From a virus: a stretch of DNA of 64,000 nucleotides. Under the pieces are notes generated by a model. The model saw only the letters and a program-made list of their open reading frames with translations, was not told where the DNA came from and made no database searches. Positions 42,567-53,160 of this stretch are shown here, in pieces (within the stretch, counting starts at the first letter, position 1; each line of letters begins with the position of its first letter). The position numbers and the translations under genes were made by a program. The stretch is taken from the IMG/VR virus record IMGVR_UViG_3300034062_007329, positions 1-64,000 of that record. One strand, given 5' to 3'.

Positions 42567-42640
42567 AGTCCCATAACTTAATGGTAAAGTAAAAGGCTCT
42601 TACCCTTTTAATGAGAGTTCGATTCTCTCTGGGACTACCA
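42567..42640 (+). tRNA. tRNA-Lys(CUU)
   Basis: AAAGG-CT-CTT-AC-CCTTT; CCA. Confidence 0.88.
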
Positions 42641-42648
42641 AATATATT

Positions 42649-42723
42649 TGCAAACTGGTATAGATTAACGGAAAAGCGTTGCGGCAGCAAAGATATGGGT
42701 TCAAATCCCATTGCCAGTTTGCA
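42649..42723 (+). ncRNA. tRNA-like RNA without normal anticodon arm or CCA
   Basis: 12-bp closing stem TGCAAACTGGTA/TGCCAGTTTGCA; canonical T arm ATGGG-TTCAAAT-CCCAT. Confidence 0.65.
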
Positions 42724-42731
42724 TTTTAATT

Positions 42732-42810
42732 TTATGCGGTAGCAGGTTCGATTCCTGCCTGTCGCCCGCTAATATGGGAGGCGGAGAGCAGAATGGTTAC
42801 TTTCGCATAA
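42732..42810 (+). ncRNA. Circularly permuted tRNA-like RNA (YrlA/Y-RNA-like), copy A
   Basis: Closing stem, then T arm first, closed acceptor-like hairpin, D-loop-like GAATGGTT last. Confidence 0.7.
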
Positions 42811-42819
42811 TCCTTTCGT

Positions 42820-42895
42820 GTGTCCTTGTTGTATTTAGTTTGCATACCAGACTGTGACTCTGGCGGAATTGGTGCGAATCCAATAGGACACCCCA
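42820..42895 (+). tRNA. tRNA-His(GUG)
   Basis: CCAGA-CT-GTG-AC-TCTGG; C73-CCA. Confidence 0.85.
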
Positions 42896-42946
42896 ATTTG
42901 CTCCTTTCCCCTATAGCATCCTATTTACTTTATGGAGGTAATAGCG

Positions 42947-43343
42947 ATGGCTAAAACAAATCAAAAGGGAAAGGAGAGAGCAACAAAGAAAGATTCAGGC
43001 AACAAAGCATTTATAATTAGCATGATTGTATTTGCTGTTCTTGTTTCTGGGTGTGTCTCGTACTTATTATGGGATAGGAGCAATTCACACCAATATGGTT
43101 GCATGGTATTAGGCGTTGACCAAGTATCTGGATTGGTTGGATTGGAATGTTACAAGAAATAACATGAAACTACCATATCCGCACGATGAAACGTATCATA
43201 AAGAATTCATGGAGTATGATGATTTCTATGCTGCGTATTATTGCAAAAAATGTGATTTCTGGTTAGAAGATAAGTGCGAAGATCCCCTTTGCCTATTCTG
43301 CAAACAAAGACCAGAGAAGCCATCAAAAGTATTTTATAGTTGA
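42947..43343 (+). CDS. Small TM protein (42947-43162) and Cys-rich protein (43145-43343, paralog at 45624-45788)
   Basis: Shared motif CxxCDxWLExKCEDxxCxFCxxRPxKPS. Confidence 0.6.
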
Positions 43344-43367
43344 AAACAATTTTAGTTTGAGATATAA

Positions 43368-43970
43368 ATGAAAAAAGATTTTACTATTAAAGCGATAGCA
43401 AAAGAAGAAGCAAAGTCTATTTTAGAAAAATATCATTATCTATCTAAGATATCTCGCGGCTTTAAAAGCGGGTATAATTATGGATTATACCACAAACAAA
43501 CACTTTCTGGAGTTTCTATCTTTACTGGTCTACCAGTTCCAGAAGTCGCTAAAGGTTGCTTTGGTTTAGAGAGAAATGAACAGGATGGGTTATTCGAATT
43601 ATCCCGTCTGTGCCTCATACCAGAAGTTCAGCATAGTGAACATAACTTGGCTGGTTGGTTTTCTTCAAGAGCGATTAAGCAATTACGGAAAGATGTAAAT
43701 GTTCGTGCGATCCTGTCATATGCCGATAATGATTTCCATAGCGGAATTGTTTATGCTGCAACAAACTGGAAATACTATGGGTTAACAGATCCAAAGAAAG
43801 ATTTTTGGTTCAAGCAAGAGGATGGCACATACAAAAAGCATAACAGAGGAAAAATTAGTGGTTGCGAAGGCGAATGGAGAGATCGCAGCAGAAAGCATCG
43901 CTTTTTAAAAGTATTTGATCCATCTCTAAATGTTCTTTGGCAAGAACAAGAGTGGAAAAATAAAAGTTAG
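43368..43970 (+). CDS. Mom-like (GNAT-fold) DNA modification protein
   Basis: KYHYL, FELSRLCL, ILSYAD...HSGIVYAATNWKYYG. Confidence 0.75.
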   Translation: MKKDFTIKAIAKEEAKSILEKYHYLSKISRGFKSGYNYGLYHKQTLSGVSIFTGLPVPEVAKGCFGLERNEQDGLFELSRLCLIPEVQHSEHNLAGWFSSRAIKQLRKDVNVRAILSYADNDFHSGIVYAATNWKYYGLTDPKKDFWFKQEDGTYKKHNRGKISGCEGEWRDRSRKHRFLKVFDPSLNVLWQEQEWKNKS

Positions 43971-44173
43971 TGTTTGGATAGGTGAATATCAAAGAGAGGT
44001 GTTCCCCGTTGCAGATGAACCCCTTTCCGCTGCAAGACCAACGGATAAAATATAAATCGCAACTAAGTATGCAATCCGCTAAGAGAGGTTGCCCCAAAAA
44101 GGTAATGGCTGTGGATTGGAAACCCATTGCGGGTTCTTTACCTACCCGCCTTCGCATTATCTTCCAAACACTA
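43968..44173 (+). ncRNA. Unknown ~205-nt structured RNA
   Basis: 11-bp closing stem TAGTGTTTGGA/TCCAAACACTA; internal stems CCGTTG/CAACGG, CAATCCGC/GTGGATTG, GCGGGT/ACCCGC. Confidence 0.6.
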
Positions 44174-44185
44174 TTTATGTATTAT

Positions 44186-44262
44186 GCGATAATAGCTCAG
44201 TTGGTTAGAGCATTCGCTTGATAAGCGAAAGGTCGTTGGTTCAAGTCCATCTTATCGCACCA
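44186..44262 (+). tRNA. tRNA-Ile(GAU)
   Basis: TTCGC-TT-GAT-AA-GCGAA; CCA. Confidence 0.93.
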
Positions 44263-44271
44263 ATTTAGAAT

Positions 44272-44349
44272 CGGGGTATCGCCTAACCTGGCATGGCACC
44301 AGTTTTGGGAACTGGCAAAATATTGGTTCAAATCCAATTACCCCGACCA
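44272..44349 (+). tRNA. tRNA-Pro(UGG)
   Basis: CCAGT-TT-TGG-GA-ACTGG; CCA. Confidence 0.93.
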
Positions 44350-44406
44350 ATTTTTTTTCTCTTATTCAGCTATATAACTATTTATATACATTACAGGAGA
44401 AATCGT

Positions 44407-44673
44407 ATGAAAATTACCAAAGAGTATTTAAAAGAATTGATCAAAGAAGAACTCAGCGAGTCTGGGGAACCTTTTTCCAAGAGACACAAACAGCAAGCCA
44501 GCAGAGTCTTAAAAAGCTTTTTACAAAAAAAAAGCAAAGCTCTAAGCCCACAAGTTGAAAATAAAGTAATAGAAATATTAGCCGACAAAATTAATCAAAG
44601 CGAATATAGCGGTAGCGGTGGTACGCTTAGTGATTCCCATATAGCAATGGCTATATTAGATGTTGTTTTGTAG
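44407..44673 (+). CDS. Hypothetical protein with MKITK leader
   Basis: MKITKEYLKELIKEELSE; ACTATTTA and AGGAG upstream. Confidence 0.7.
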   Translation: MKITKEYLKELIKEELSESGEPFSKRHKQQASRVLKSFLQKKSKALSPQVENKVIEILADKINQSEYSGSGGTLSDSHIAMAILDVVL

Positions 44674-45787
44674 TTATTTTAGAACATACTTGTAGGTGTA
44701 AAGCCACAGATGATCCTTTCGTCTGTGGCATTTTATATCACGGTGTTATTCAAATGCGGTTTCCAGCCGCCCGCAACTTATTTCCCCGCAACCAACAATT
44801 AAACTCTTGACACGCTGCCCCTGCCGTGGTAGTATGGTATTAACGCTGATGGGCAGCGAGAGGAAATGAATGTCACTTTATAGTGAATGTGCGGATATCT
44901 ACGCAGAATATGTTGAACCCTATTACTATGATGGGGACTATGATCTTGAGTTTATGCCTAAAATGAGGCAGCGTGCTGCAAAGGCAGTTGTTGAGTATGT
45001 GAAAAAGAATTATCCAGATACTCCCACAACCTATTGCAAGGCTTGTGACGAGATCCATCCATACACCAAGATTGTTTATGATTCTGGTGTTGCTGCCGAT
45101 GTTTGTTTGGTTTGTGGTTATGGTGTAGTTCCGATTGAGGGGAAGTAAAAATGGAAAAGCGTTGCTCAAATTGTAAAAGCTATCTTACTGATCTTGAAAT
45201 TGAAGCTTGCGGTGGAATGTGTGCTGAATGTGAATTCTATTCAGTAGTTTTAATGGATGATGATAGTTTGGAGGAAGCGTAATGTCTAATATCTATATGA
45301 TCCGCCGTAAGACCGATGGTAAGTATATTTGCGGAAGCGGTCGTTATCCTTGGTTTTCCGATGATATCGGTAGAACCTTCTATTCGCTCCATTCGGTTAA
45401 GATTTTCTTAACAAACTATCTCAAGTGTAATAAGATCAAGACTTGGGAGAATGGACGTTACAAGTTTAATGCTGGTGAGTTCTTTACTCCAAGCAACATT
45501 CTTCTTAATTGTGAAGTTGTAGCGGTTGAGGTTAAGCCAAGTTCTATCCAAGACATTTTTGAGTTCTCCGCTCAAACTGAAATGGAGCGAAAGACAAAGA
45601 AGAAGAAGGCAAAGAAGTAAGCAATGTTCAAAGTAACTTGTAAGTTATATGAATTTCATAAAACTGACTATAGTTACGAATATGATGCCTATTTCTGTTG
45701 CGATTGCGATGATTGGTTAGAAAAGAAATGTGAAGATCATCGCTGTAACTTTTGTCCAAAGCGCCCAGATAAGCCATCGCAAGTTTA

Positions 45788-45879
45788 GGAAACGTGGGTG
45801 AGAGGCTTAAACCAGCGGTTTGCTAAACCGCCGTAGGTGTAACAATCTACCGAAGGTTCAAATCCTTCCGTTTCCGCCA
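45788..45879 (+). tRNA. tRNA-Ser(GCU)
   Basis: GCGGT-TT-GCT-AA-ACCGC; long variable arm; CCA. Confidence 0.95.
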
Positions 45880-45959
45880 TTACAGCCAGTTGCCAATCAA
45901 TTTTGGTAACTGGCTATTTTTTTGTTGACTCCTGCCCTCGCTTGTGATAGGATAAAAGA

Positions 45960-46765
45960 ATGGAACCCAAGGTTGGACAGATTTGGCGATATGCTACACC
46001 TTTCGATAATGGTGAAACCGTATATGAATATATTTTCATAACTGGGATCAAATCGAACGGACACGCAGTTCATTATTTTTCCTTTGATGATCCAGAAAGA
46101 CCCGTATGGGATTACGCACAATCGTTTGTGGAAAACAAAAGTTATGAATTTGTGAGTGGCTAATGAAACCCCAAATCAAGATCGGGCAAGTTTGGAAGTT
46201 CAAAGAAAGTTATGGCAGCGGTACAGATTATTACTTTGTTGTCAATCGTATCACGGAACAAGTGATCGGGTTTCAGTATTTGCACAAGGATTCAACTGGT
46301 TGGTGTTTTGAACGGGATTTTCATCGACAATATGAATTGGTGAGTGATGTATGAGAACTCCAATTCCTGGTGAATTGTGGAAAGACGAACACAATAAAAC
46401 GTTACTTATAAAAAGCGTAAGAGTAGATCATCCAGTAAGTCACGATTGGATTTATTATTATATCGTTGATTATGATATAGATAGTAATTGTTCGCTTGCA
46501 TCTTTCGTTAAATATTCAACGCTGGTGAGTGGATATTCTGATGGATAAAGTAAAAGTTGGACAAGTTTGGAAGATACTTGAAAGTAAGTTAGACCTCAAG
46601 GGAGGGAACCCAGAAGATTACCTAATCGTTATCACAAAGATTTATAAGAAAGGAATGGTTGCAGACTTCTTTTATCTTGATGGTTATGATTCTGGTCGTG
46701 ATGGTGAGGACGATATAAACATTCCTTGGCTACTCAAGAATGGACAATTGGAGAGTGATGTATGA
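45960..46765 (+). CDS. Four tandem small paralogs, KVGQxW subfamily (45960, 46163, 46351, 46541)
   Basis: KVGQIWR/KIGQVWK/PGELWK/KVGQVWK starts; (F/L)VS or LES ends. Confidence 0.75.
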
Positions 46766-47108
46766 GTAAAGATTATGATAAGGGCTTCCAAGATGCAGTA
46801 AAAAAGATTAGCGATCTATTGCTTTCCGAATTTAAAGTATACAAAAAGGAAATAAAGGGATACGTTAAGGATACTGATTATCTTTCTGCTTACGAAAACA
46901 AGGTTCGCATGGAAGATGCTGATTTCTATTTCCACGAATTCCGTAAGATGGTTGTAGATAAAGCTGATAGCGATGAGCATAAAGCTTGCAATTGTTTAAT
47001 CTGCAAAGGGGAATAAAATGGGTCGCTGCTGCACATAAAGGACGATGCTGTTTCGCAAGCAGCAAATAAGCTCTTGACTTCAAAGCCCACCTATGTTAGA
47101 CTGTTCCT

Positions 47109-49666
47109 ATGGTCGAGCATAAGGTGGGCGAACTTGTTTTGATGGTTCTTAGGACTTATGAGAGAAGATACCAATACCTTGGTATCATCAAAAAGGTTGA
47201 TGACGGAATAATGATTGGTACAAAAGCCTATTTTGTCGAATGGAACGATGGACAAGACAATTGGTATTCCTCGGAAAGTATTGAGGAAATGAAAAGTGAC
47301 CTCTGGACTTACTATGAATCACAAAATCGGTGATCTTATTTGGTCACAATCCGCACACGAAATTGCAATCATCGTTGGATACTTTCCAAATGGTTTGCAC
47401 GGATCGGACAAGTTTAAATATTCCGTTTGCCACAGCTCTACTGGTAATCGGTTCTTCTACACGGAAGAAATGATTGAAACGGGCAAAAAGCAATTAGAGA
47501 AATTCTATGAACGCGAAGCATCAAATCGGTGATCCTGTATACAGCAATTCGTATGGTCTTGGATATATTTCTGATATTGAACCAACCACTCTTCATGTGA
47601 AGCATCACGTTAAGTGGATGGACGATAATATGTTTCTTGCAGATGATAGATGGTATGAAGCAAAAGGCATTGACACTCTCAAGATGTTCCTGCGAATGAA
47701 ATTGCGCGGTGAAGATATATGAAACATAAAGTTGGTGACCTTGTTTATTACAAAGCAAACAAGAAAGTGTTTGCAGACAAAAACCAACCTTCAATTGGCA
47801 TTATAGCCAAGTGCTTTCCAAGGAAAGATACTTATTGGATTGAATGGTTGAATGACAGCGATGTGCTTTATCAGAAATTAGTAATGACAGAGTTTTCGGG
47901 TCAGGCGATTGGTTGGTTCAAAAGAGATTTGCAAGAGGTATTAGGGAATGACGGAACACAAAATCGGTGATCTTGTTTACCAGCTTGACAACAAAAGCAT
48001 TGGCATCATCACAAAGATCACAGATGATGATAAGGAGAGTATGCCTCGTTACCGAATGATTTATATTATTGAATATGCAAATGGCAAAACTGGTCGTCAT
48101 TCCGCTGCCGTCATTGATGGTATGAAAAGCAATCTACAAAACCACTTAAGGAAAGAAAATGGATCACAAAGTCGGTGATTTGATATATGACGATATTAGC
48201 GAAGCCATTGGAGTGATAAAGCGAATCCGTGAGGATGAAGAAAATGGAATACTCTATGATATCGAATGGAGTAGCGGAGAGGCATCAACTGGTATTCACG
48301 GACTTGCATCGGAATCAATTGACTATCTCAAGGATTTACTAAATGCAGAACTCAAAAGAGCACAACGTCGGTGATCTTGTTCTTGCTGGTGGTTTAGGGA
48401 TCATAACAAAGATAGATAGGGATTTCCGTGCTGACTGGTATCACGTTGAATGGTGTTGCGAAGGAAATGAAGCCATCAGAAGCGCGTTTCAGGATAACGA
48501 GATCGCGTATTTTAAAGAGGCGTTGAATCGTGAATCACAAAGTCGGTGATCCTGTTTATTGCAATGGTAGTGTAGGAGCAATCAAGGCAACAAGCGAAGG
48601 GGTATATGGTCCCCAAGTAGTATTGCCAGAAACGGAGCGTAGTTATAGGATTGAATGGTTTGACGATAAACCATTTGCAAGTGGCTACATCCGAAAGGTC
48701 TGGTTTAACTTTTATGAAGTTGCTTCCTTCAAAGAGCAATTGCGAGAGGCGTTAAATGAGCAATCATCAAGTAGGTGATTTGGTCTACGATCCAGCATAC
48801 CAAGATTTTGGCGTTATCACAAAGATATGGACAGAGGATGAATTAACAAAACTTGGAAAAGAACCTCCATATTACACAATCGAAGTGCGATTCCCAGATA
48901 GCAAGGTTATGCCAGTAGATAGATACAAGCCAAATACGATTGACAAGTTCAAACGGACATTGAAGGATATGTATGATGAATCATAACGTTGGCGATCTTG
49001 TATTGCATAAGGCTCACACATTGAGGAATACTCTTGGATATATCAAAAAGATTAAAGCATATCGAGAGTACGAAGTCTATTGGTTCAATCCTTACTTGAA
49101 GCATCAAGATGACATATCGTTAGAGTCTGATGCGTCAATAAATTCGCTCAAAAGAAACCTACAGGAATATATGGATGAGCATCACTCATAAGGTAGGCGA
49201 TCTGGTGATGGGCGTCAATGTGGACAACGAAACAATTTTGGGAGTAATAAAAAAGATTTCCATTGCAGACACTAATATTGTTGTTGACAACAACGTGGAA
49301 CGCTATTATGAAGGTGAACCCCATTACCAGATTGAATGGGCGAATGATCTCCACTCTAATGTTTGGTATAAGGAAAGCAATGTTAATGCTTTCAAGATGA
49401 CGTTTGATGAATATATGAGGAGAAAGAAAAAATAAATGGATGAGTATAAGATAGGCGATCTACTCATGATGCATCGGCTTTCACTAAAGCCAGTAATTGG
49501 AATCGTCAAGGATTGTAAAGTGGGGGATATTAGCAATAGTAAATATTACTTTGTAGAATGGATATCCGAAGATGCGGGGATTACAACAAACGTTTGGTTT
49601 GCAGAATGTGATATACAATACTATAGGCAAGCGTATGTGCAGTATGCAGCGGATAATAGCCTTTAG
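47109..49666 (+). CDS. Twelve tandem small paralogs, HKxGDLV SH3/KOW-like subfamily
   Basis: Starts at 47109, 47314, 47507, 47719, 47948, 48159, 48343, 48530, 48756, 48976, 49175, 49436; pattern HK(V/I)GDLV...GII...YxIEW...helix. Confidence 0.85.
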
Positions 49667-49876
49667 ACACTTAAGGGGGATTAATAGGGGAGTGGGTATG
49701 TTGTATAGTGCGGTATGGAGTATAATAGGATGGACGCTGCCAACCCTGCGGAAAGTGGTATTAGCGCCACTATACCACAATATATAGTGGTGTGTAAAGC
49801 GTATCGCCTAAACCCCCGTAAATACAGGCAAAAAAACGTGCTTGACACGGTGCCTGATCCGTGGTAGGATGGTACT

Positions 49877-50215
49877 ATGATGCGAGAGTGCAGCGAATGT
49901 GGTGGTGAGTTTGATCCGCGAAGCAAGGCAAAGCGGATTGCTGGTGGTTTGTCAACCCATTGCCCCGATTGTTCGGAGGAAACGGAGGTACGGTATTTCG
50001 GTACCTCCGCAGGAGAGGGTAAGCAGGCAAGCGTGCAGGTATTGAAGTTTGCTTCCCAGAAGGATAGGGATGCATATCAGCGATATTGGAAGGCATCATC
50101 AGGATTGAATACGGGCAAGCAATGCCAGATGGCATTCCGCGCTAATGAGATTGGCGTGCATTTCGAGACAAGGGCTACATTTACAGGCAATACTAACCAT
50201 AAGGGGAAGGCATAA
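49877..50215 (+). CDS. Zinc-finger hypothetical protein
   Basis: CSEC...CPDC; ATG 6 nt after -10. Confidence 0.65.
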   Translation: MMRECSECGGEFDPRSKAKRIAGGLSTHCPDCSEETEVRYFGTSAGEGKQASVQVLKFASQKDRDAYQRYWKASSGLNTGKQCQMAFRANEIGVHFETRATFTGNTNHKGKA

Positions 50216-50573
50216 TGCAGTATATTATTGAACGTATGGATGCGGGTGGTAGGTGGACTAAGCATAGTTCGGCAAGCTCAGAAAGCGCAGCCAATGTTTC
50301 AGCCCGTAATCTAAAGGAAGTATACCCCAATTGGTCTATCCGAGTGGTGGATAGCGATGGGGATGTATGTAATATTCTGTAATCTATACACTCCCAGGGT
50401 GGGGGGGGTCTGCGGTTTAAGATAAAAAGGGTACATATAAATTAACCAGCCGCCTGATAAGGCGGAATAGGGATTATACCCATATAGTAATACCCCAATT
50501 CCCCCCTGCGGGGGCTGGGCTTGACAAGGTTAGGGGGTACTGGTATAGTACTACCATAGAGGGGAGGTGTCAT

Positions 50574-50663
50574 ATGCCACATCCACACAAGAATCGACCA
50601 CGCAAAGGTCGGCGTAAGATTGGTTCAAAAAAGCGTCGTAGCCGTAACATGAGAAAGAAGTAA
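50574..50663 (+). CDS. 29-aa Arg/Lys-rich micropeptide (not in ORF track)
   Basis: Promoter TTGACA(50521)-17-TATAGT, GGAGGT RBS, MPHPHKNRPRKGRRKIGSKKRRSRNMRKK. Confidence 0.7.
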   Translation: MPHPHKNRPRKGRRKIGSKKRRSRNMRKK

Positions 50664-51402
50664 TAGGGCAAATGGGAGCGAATCTTGTGCTTGACACGGG
50701 GTTCGCTCCCTGCTATACTGTTTATATGGTGCGATGGAGCAGCGAACCATTAGATTGCCGCGTTGGTGATATTGTGGTTGAGAAGGTTAATGGGCAGAAT
50801 CCAACTTATTGGGTTATATCAAAAGTAACAAAGAATGATAACCCAATACGATTTGGGCATACATACAAAGAAGTGTATGATATGTTTAATCTGGAGAATG
50901 ATATGGATACAATAGAAAATGTTATGTTCCGCAATACGGAAGCAGTAACATATGAGATCATCCGTGGGTAATACATTCCGCGTCGGAGATCTTGTCGAAT
51001 TTCAAAGCAAAGAGTCGCATTCGTTATTCCAGAAAAAAGTGTGGAATAACAAAATCGGCGTCATTTCTGCCATTAGAACAAAAGCCGAAATCGCATATAT
51101 CAAATGGTCCGATTTGGACCTAAATGATGTATGGATTGCGTATGAAGATTTGAAGCTTCTAAACCGAGAGTAACAATCGGCAAGCGAAACGAAATAGTTC
51201 TACAAATAACATATGATATCTCGGGTAAACAGAACCATGTTATCACAAACCCGCCGCCGCTGTCAAGCATAAAAAGCGCCCCCTAACCCCCTGTAACTAC
51301 AGGCGAAAATAAAAGTTGACGGGGAACCCGTTTTCGGGTAGACTGTACTTGTTCGGTGGTCGTGAAGGCGTGTCGCCCGAAGCCACTGATAGGGTGCAAC
51401 CG

Positions 51403-52059
51403 ATGGCTAATGCTTATTACATGAAGTGGACTAAGGGTAACGAGAAGTTGCAAAAGGACAATGGTGGTGTTTATAACATCGTTGGTTTCGGCATCCCTGC
51501 CGATTATGATATGGGCAATGGGATGAATACGTGTCCTGGGGCGCTTGCTTGCCGTGCGGTTTGCTATGCAAAGCAGGGTCGTTATGCTATGCCCAACGTC
51601 ATGAATGCGCGTATGCACAACCTTGAAATGTCGTTGCAGCCTGATTTCGTGGAAAACGTTGTTCGTGATCTTGACCGTATGCGAAAGGTTAACACGGTTC
51701 GTATTCACGATTCGGGTGATTTCTATTCGCAGGAGTATTATCGCAAGTGGTGCGATATCGCTCGGATGCTTCCCGATATCACGTTTTATGCATACACTAA
51801 GACCGTGAATATGGACCTGTTCGGGAATAAGCCCGATAACCTCCAGATCACGCAATCGCTTGGTGGCAAGCACGACGAGAGCGTGAATATGGATATGCCC
51901 CATTCGCGCATCTTTGCAACCCATGAGGATCGCGTTCGTGCTGGATACGTCGACGGTAACGTGAATGACGTTCCTGCGATTGAGGGTTTGGTGCAAATCG
52001 GGTTGGTGTATCACGGGCAGCGCAAGTTGACGGAATCGCAGAAGCGTTATTTTGCTTAA
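51403..52059 (+). CDS. GP88-like phage protein with Cys cluster
   Basis: TCPGALACRAVCYA, RIHDSGDFYS, FYAYTK. Confidence 0.75.
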   Translation: MANAYYMKWTKGNEKLQKDNGGVYNIVGFGIPADYDMGNGMNTCPGALACRAVCYAKQGRYAMPNVMNARMHNLEMSLQPDFVENVVRDLDRMRKVNTVRIHDSGDFYSQEYYRKWCDIARMLPDITFYAYTKTVNMDLFGNKPDNLQITQSLGGKHDESVNMDMPHSRIFATHEDRVRAGYVDGNVNDVPAIEGLVQIGLVYHGQRKLTESQKRYFA

Positions 52060-52471
52060 GAGGTAAACAATGGCAAGGACAAAGAAAGATCGGAAGGCAA
52101 AGCATATTGACCCCAATAGCATTAAGACCCGTGATTGGTGTATGGTGCTAATCATCCAAGGGGTTACTAAGGCAGGGGTTATTCCTGATAGGCGCAAGGC
52201 ACGGAATAAGTATCGGTGCCGTAATAGTAGGAATGGGGAGTGGGACTAACCCGTATTCCAGTAGGGTGGGGGGGTCTCAAATAATGTATTACAGGTAATG
52301 TATATCAGCCGCCCTTTAGGGCAATACCATTAGGATAATACCCCCCTAATAGGTATATGCCCAAATGCGGGCGGCTGACACTCTCGGGATAGAGCAAAGA
52401 AAAAAGTTGACGGCATCCCCTGTCCGTGGTAGACTGTTCTTAATGCTGGATGGTCCAGCGAGAGGTAAGCG

Positions 52472-52714
52472 ATGACGGATTATAACGGTTGGGCAAACTA
52501 CGAAACGTGGAATGTTGCTCTTTGGATTCAGAACGACGAGGGGCTTTATGCGCTTGCCAAGGAGATTGCCGAATCCAAGTATTCGCGTCCTTATCAGGGA
52601 TTCGTGGATAACATGAAGGATTGCGATATTCATGCAACGCCTGATGGTGTTTCATACCAGGATCGTTTGCTTAATATCAAGGAACTGGATTCTATGATTA
52701 GGGAGCTTGCATAA
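52472..52714 (+). CDS. Conserved small phage protein (YNGWxNYETW type)
   Basis: YNGWANYETWNVALWIQNDEGLY. Confidence 0.7.
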   Translation: MTDYNGWANYETWNVALWIQNDEGLYALAKEIAESKYSRPYQGFVDNMKDCDIHATPDGVSYQDRLLNIKELDSMIRELA

Positions 52715-53160
52715 ATGATGATTCCAGGAAATAGTGTTTTTCATTGCCATTTGCCAGAACTTGGAAAGGGTGTGATTACTGCAATCCTTATGGACACCCA
52801 ATCAGGAAAACCTATTGCCAAAGTTATGTGGGAATCACCAAAGCATGGTGTTGCCTCGCTTCACACATTCGACCATTTGAAGCGTATCGATGAATGCACG
52901 GATGCCTATACCGCATTTCAGATGGTATTGCCGTTCATATGATGTTTGACGTTTGCCCTATTCCTTATTCTAAGGATAGAGGCGGCTGGCGAAGGTAATC
53001 AGTTCAGTTTACCATGCCAGCCCCCGCGTGTCAAGCGAAATCGACACGCCGATCCCCCAGGGCGATGCCCGCTAACCCCTTGAAAAGACTTGCGAAAAAA
53101 GAAGTTGCAAGCGGTTGGGGGTTGTGGTAGACTGTTCTTCGTTCGGTGGATGGTGTCTCG

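Noticed and set aside
44050-44135. Hammerhead ribozyme in the 205-nt RNA
   Set aside because: GAAAC is present but there is no proper CTGANGA core in the required position.
40703-44406. ORFs 40703-40894, 42517-42711, 43982-44221 and the 5' extension of 44293
   Set aside because: They overlap tRNA or structured RNA sequence.
47109-49666. CRISPR array or integron
   Set aside because: Repeats are degenerate and protein-coding, spacing is about 210 bp, and no cas gene, integrase or attC-like palindrome was seen.
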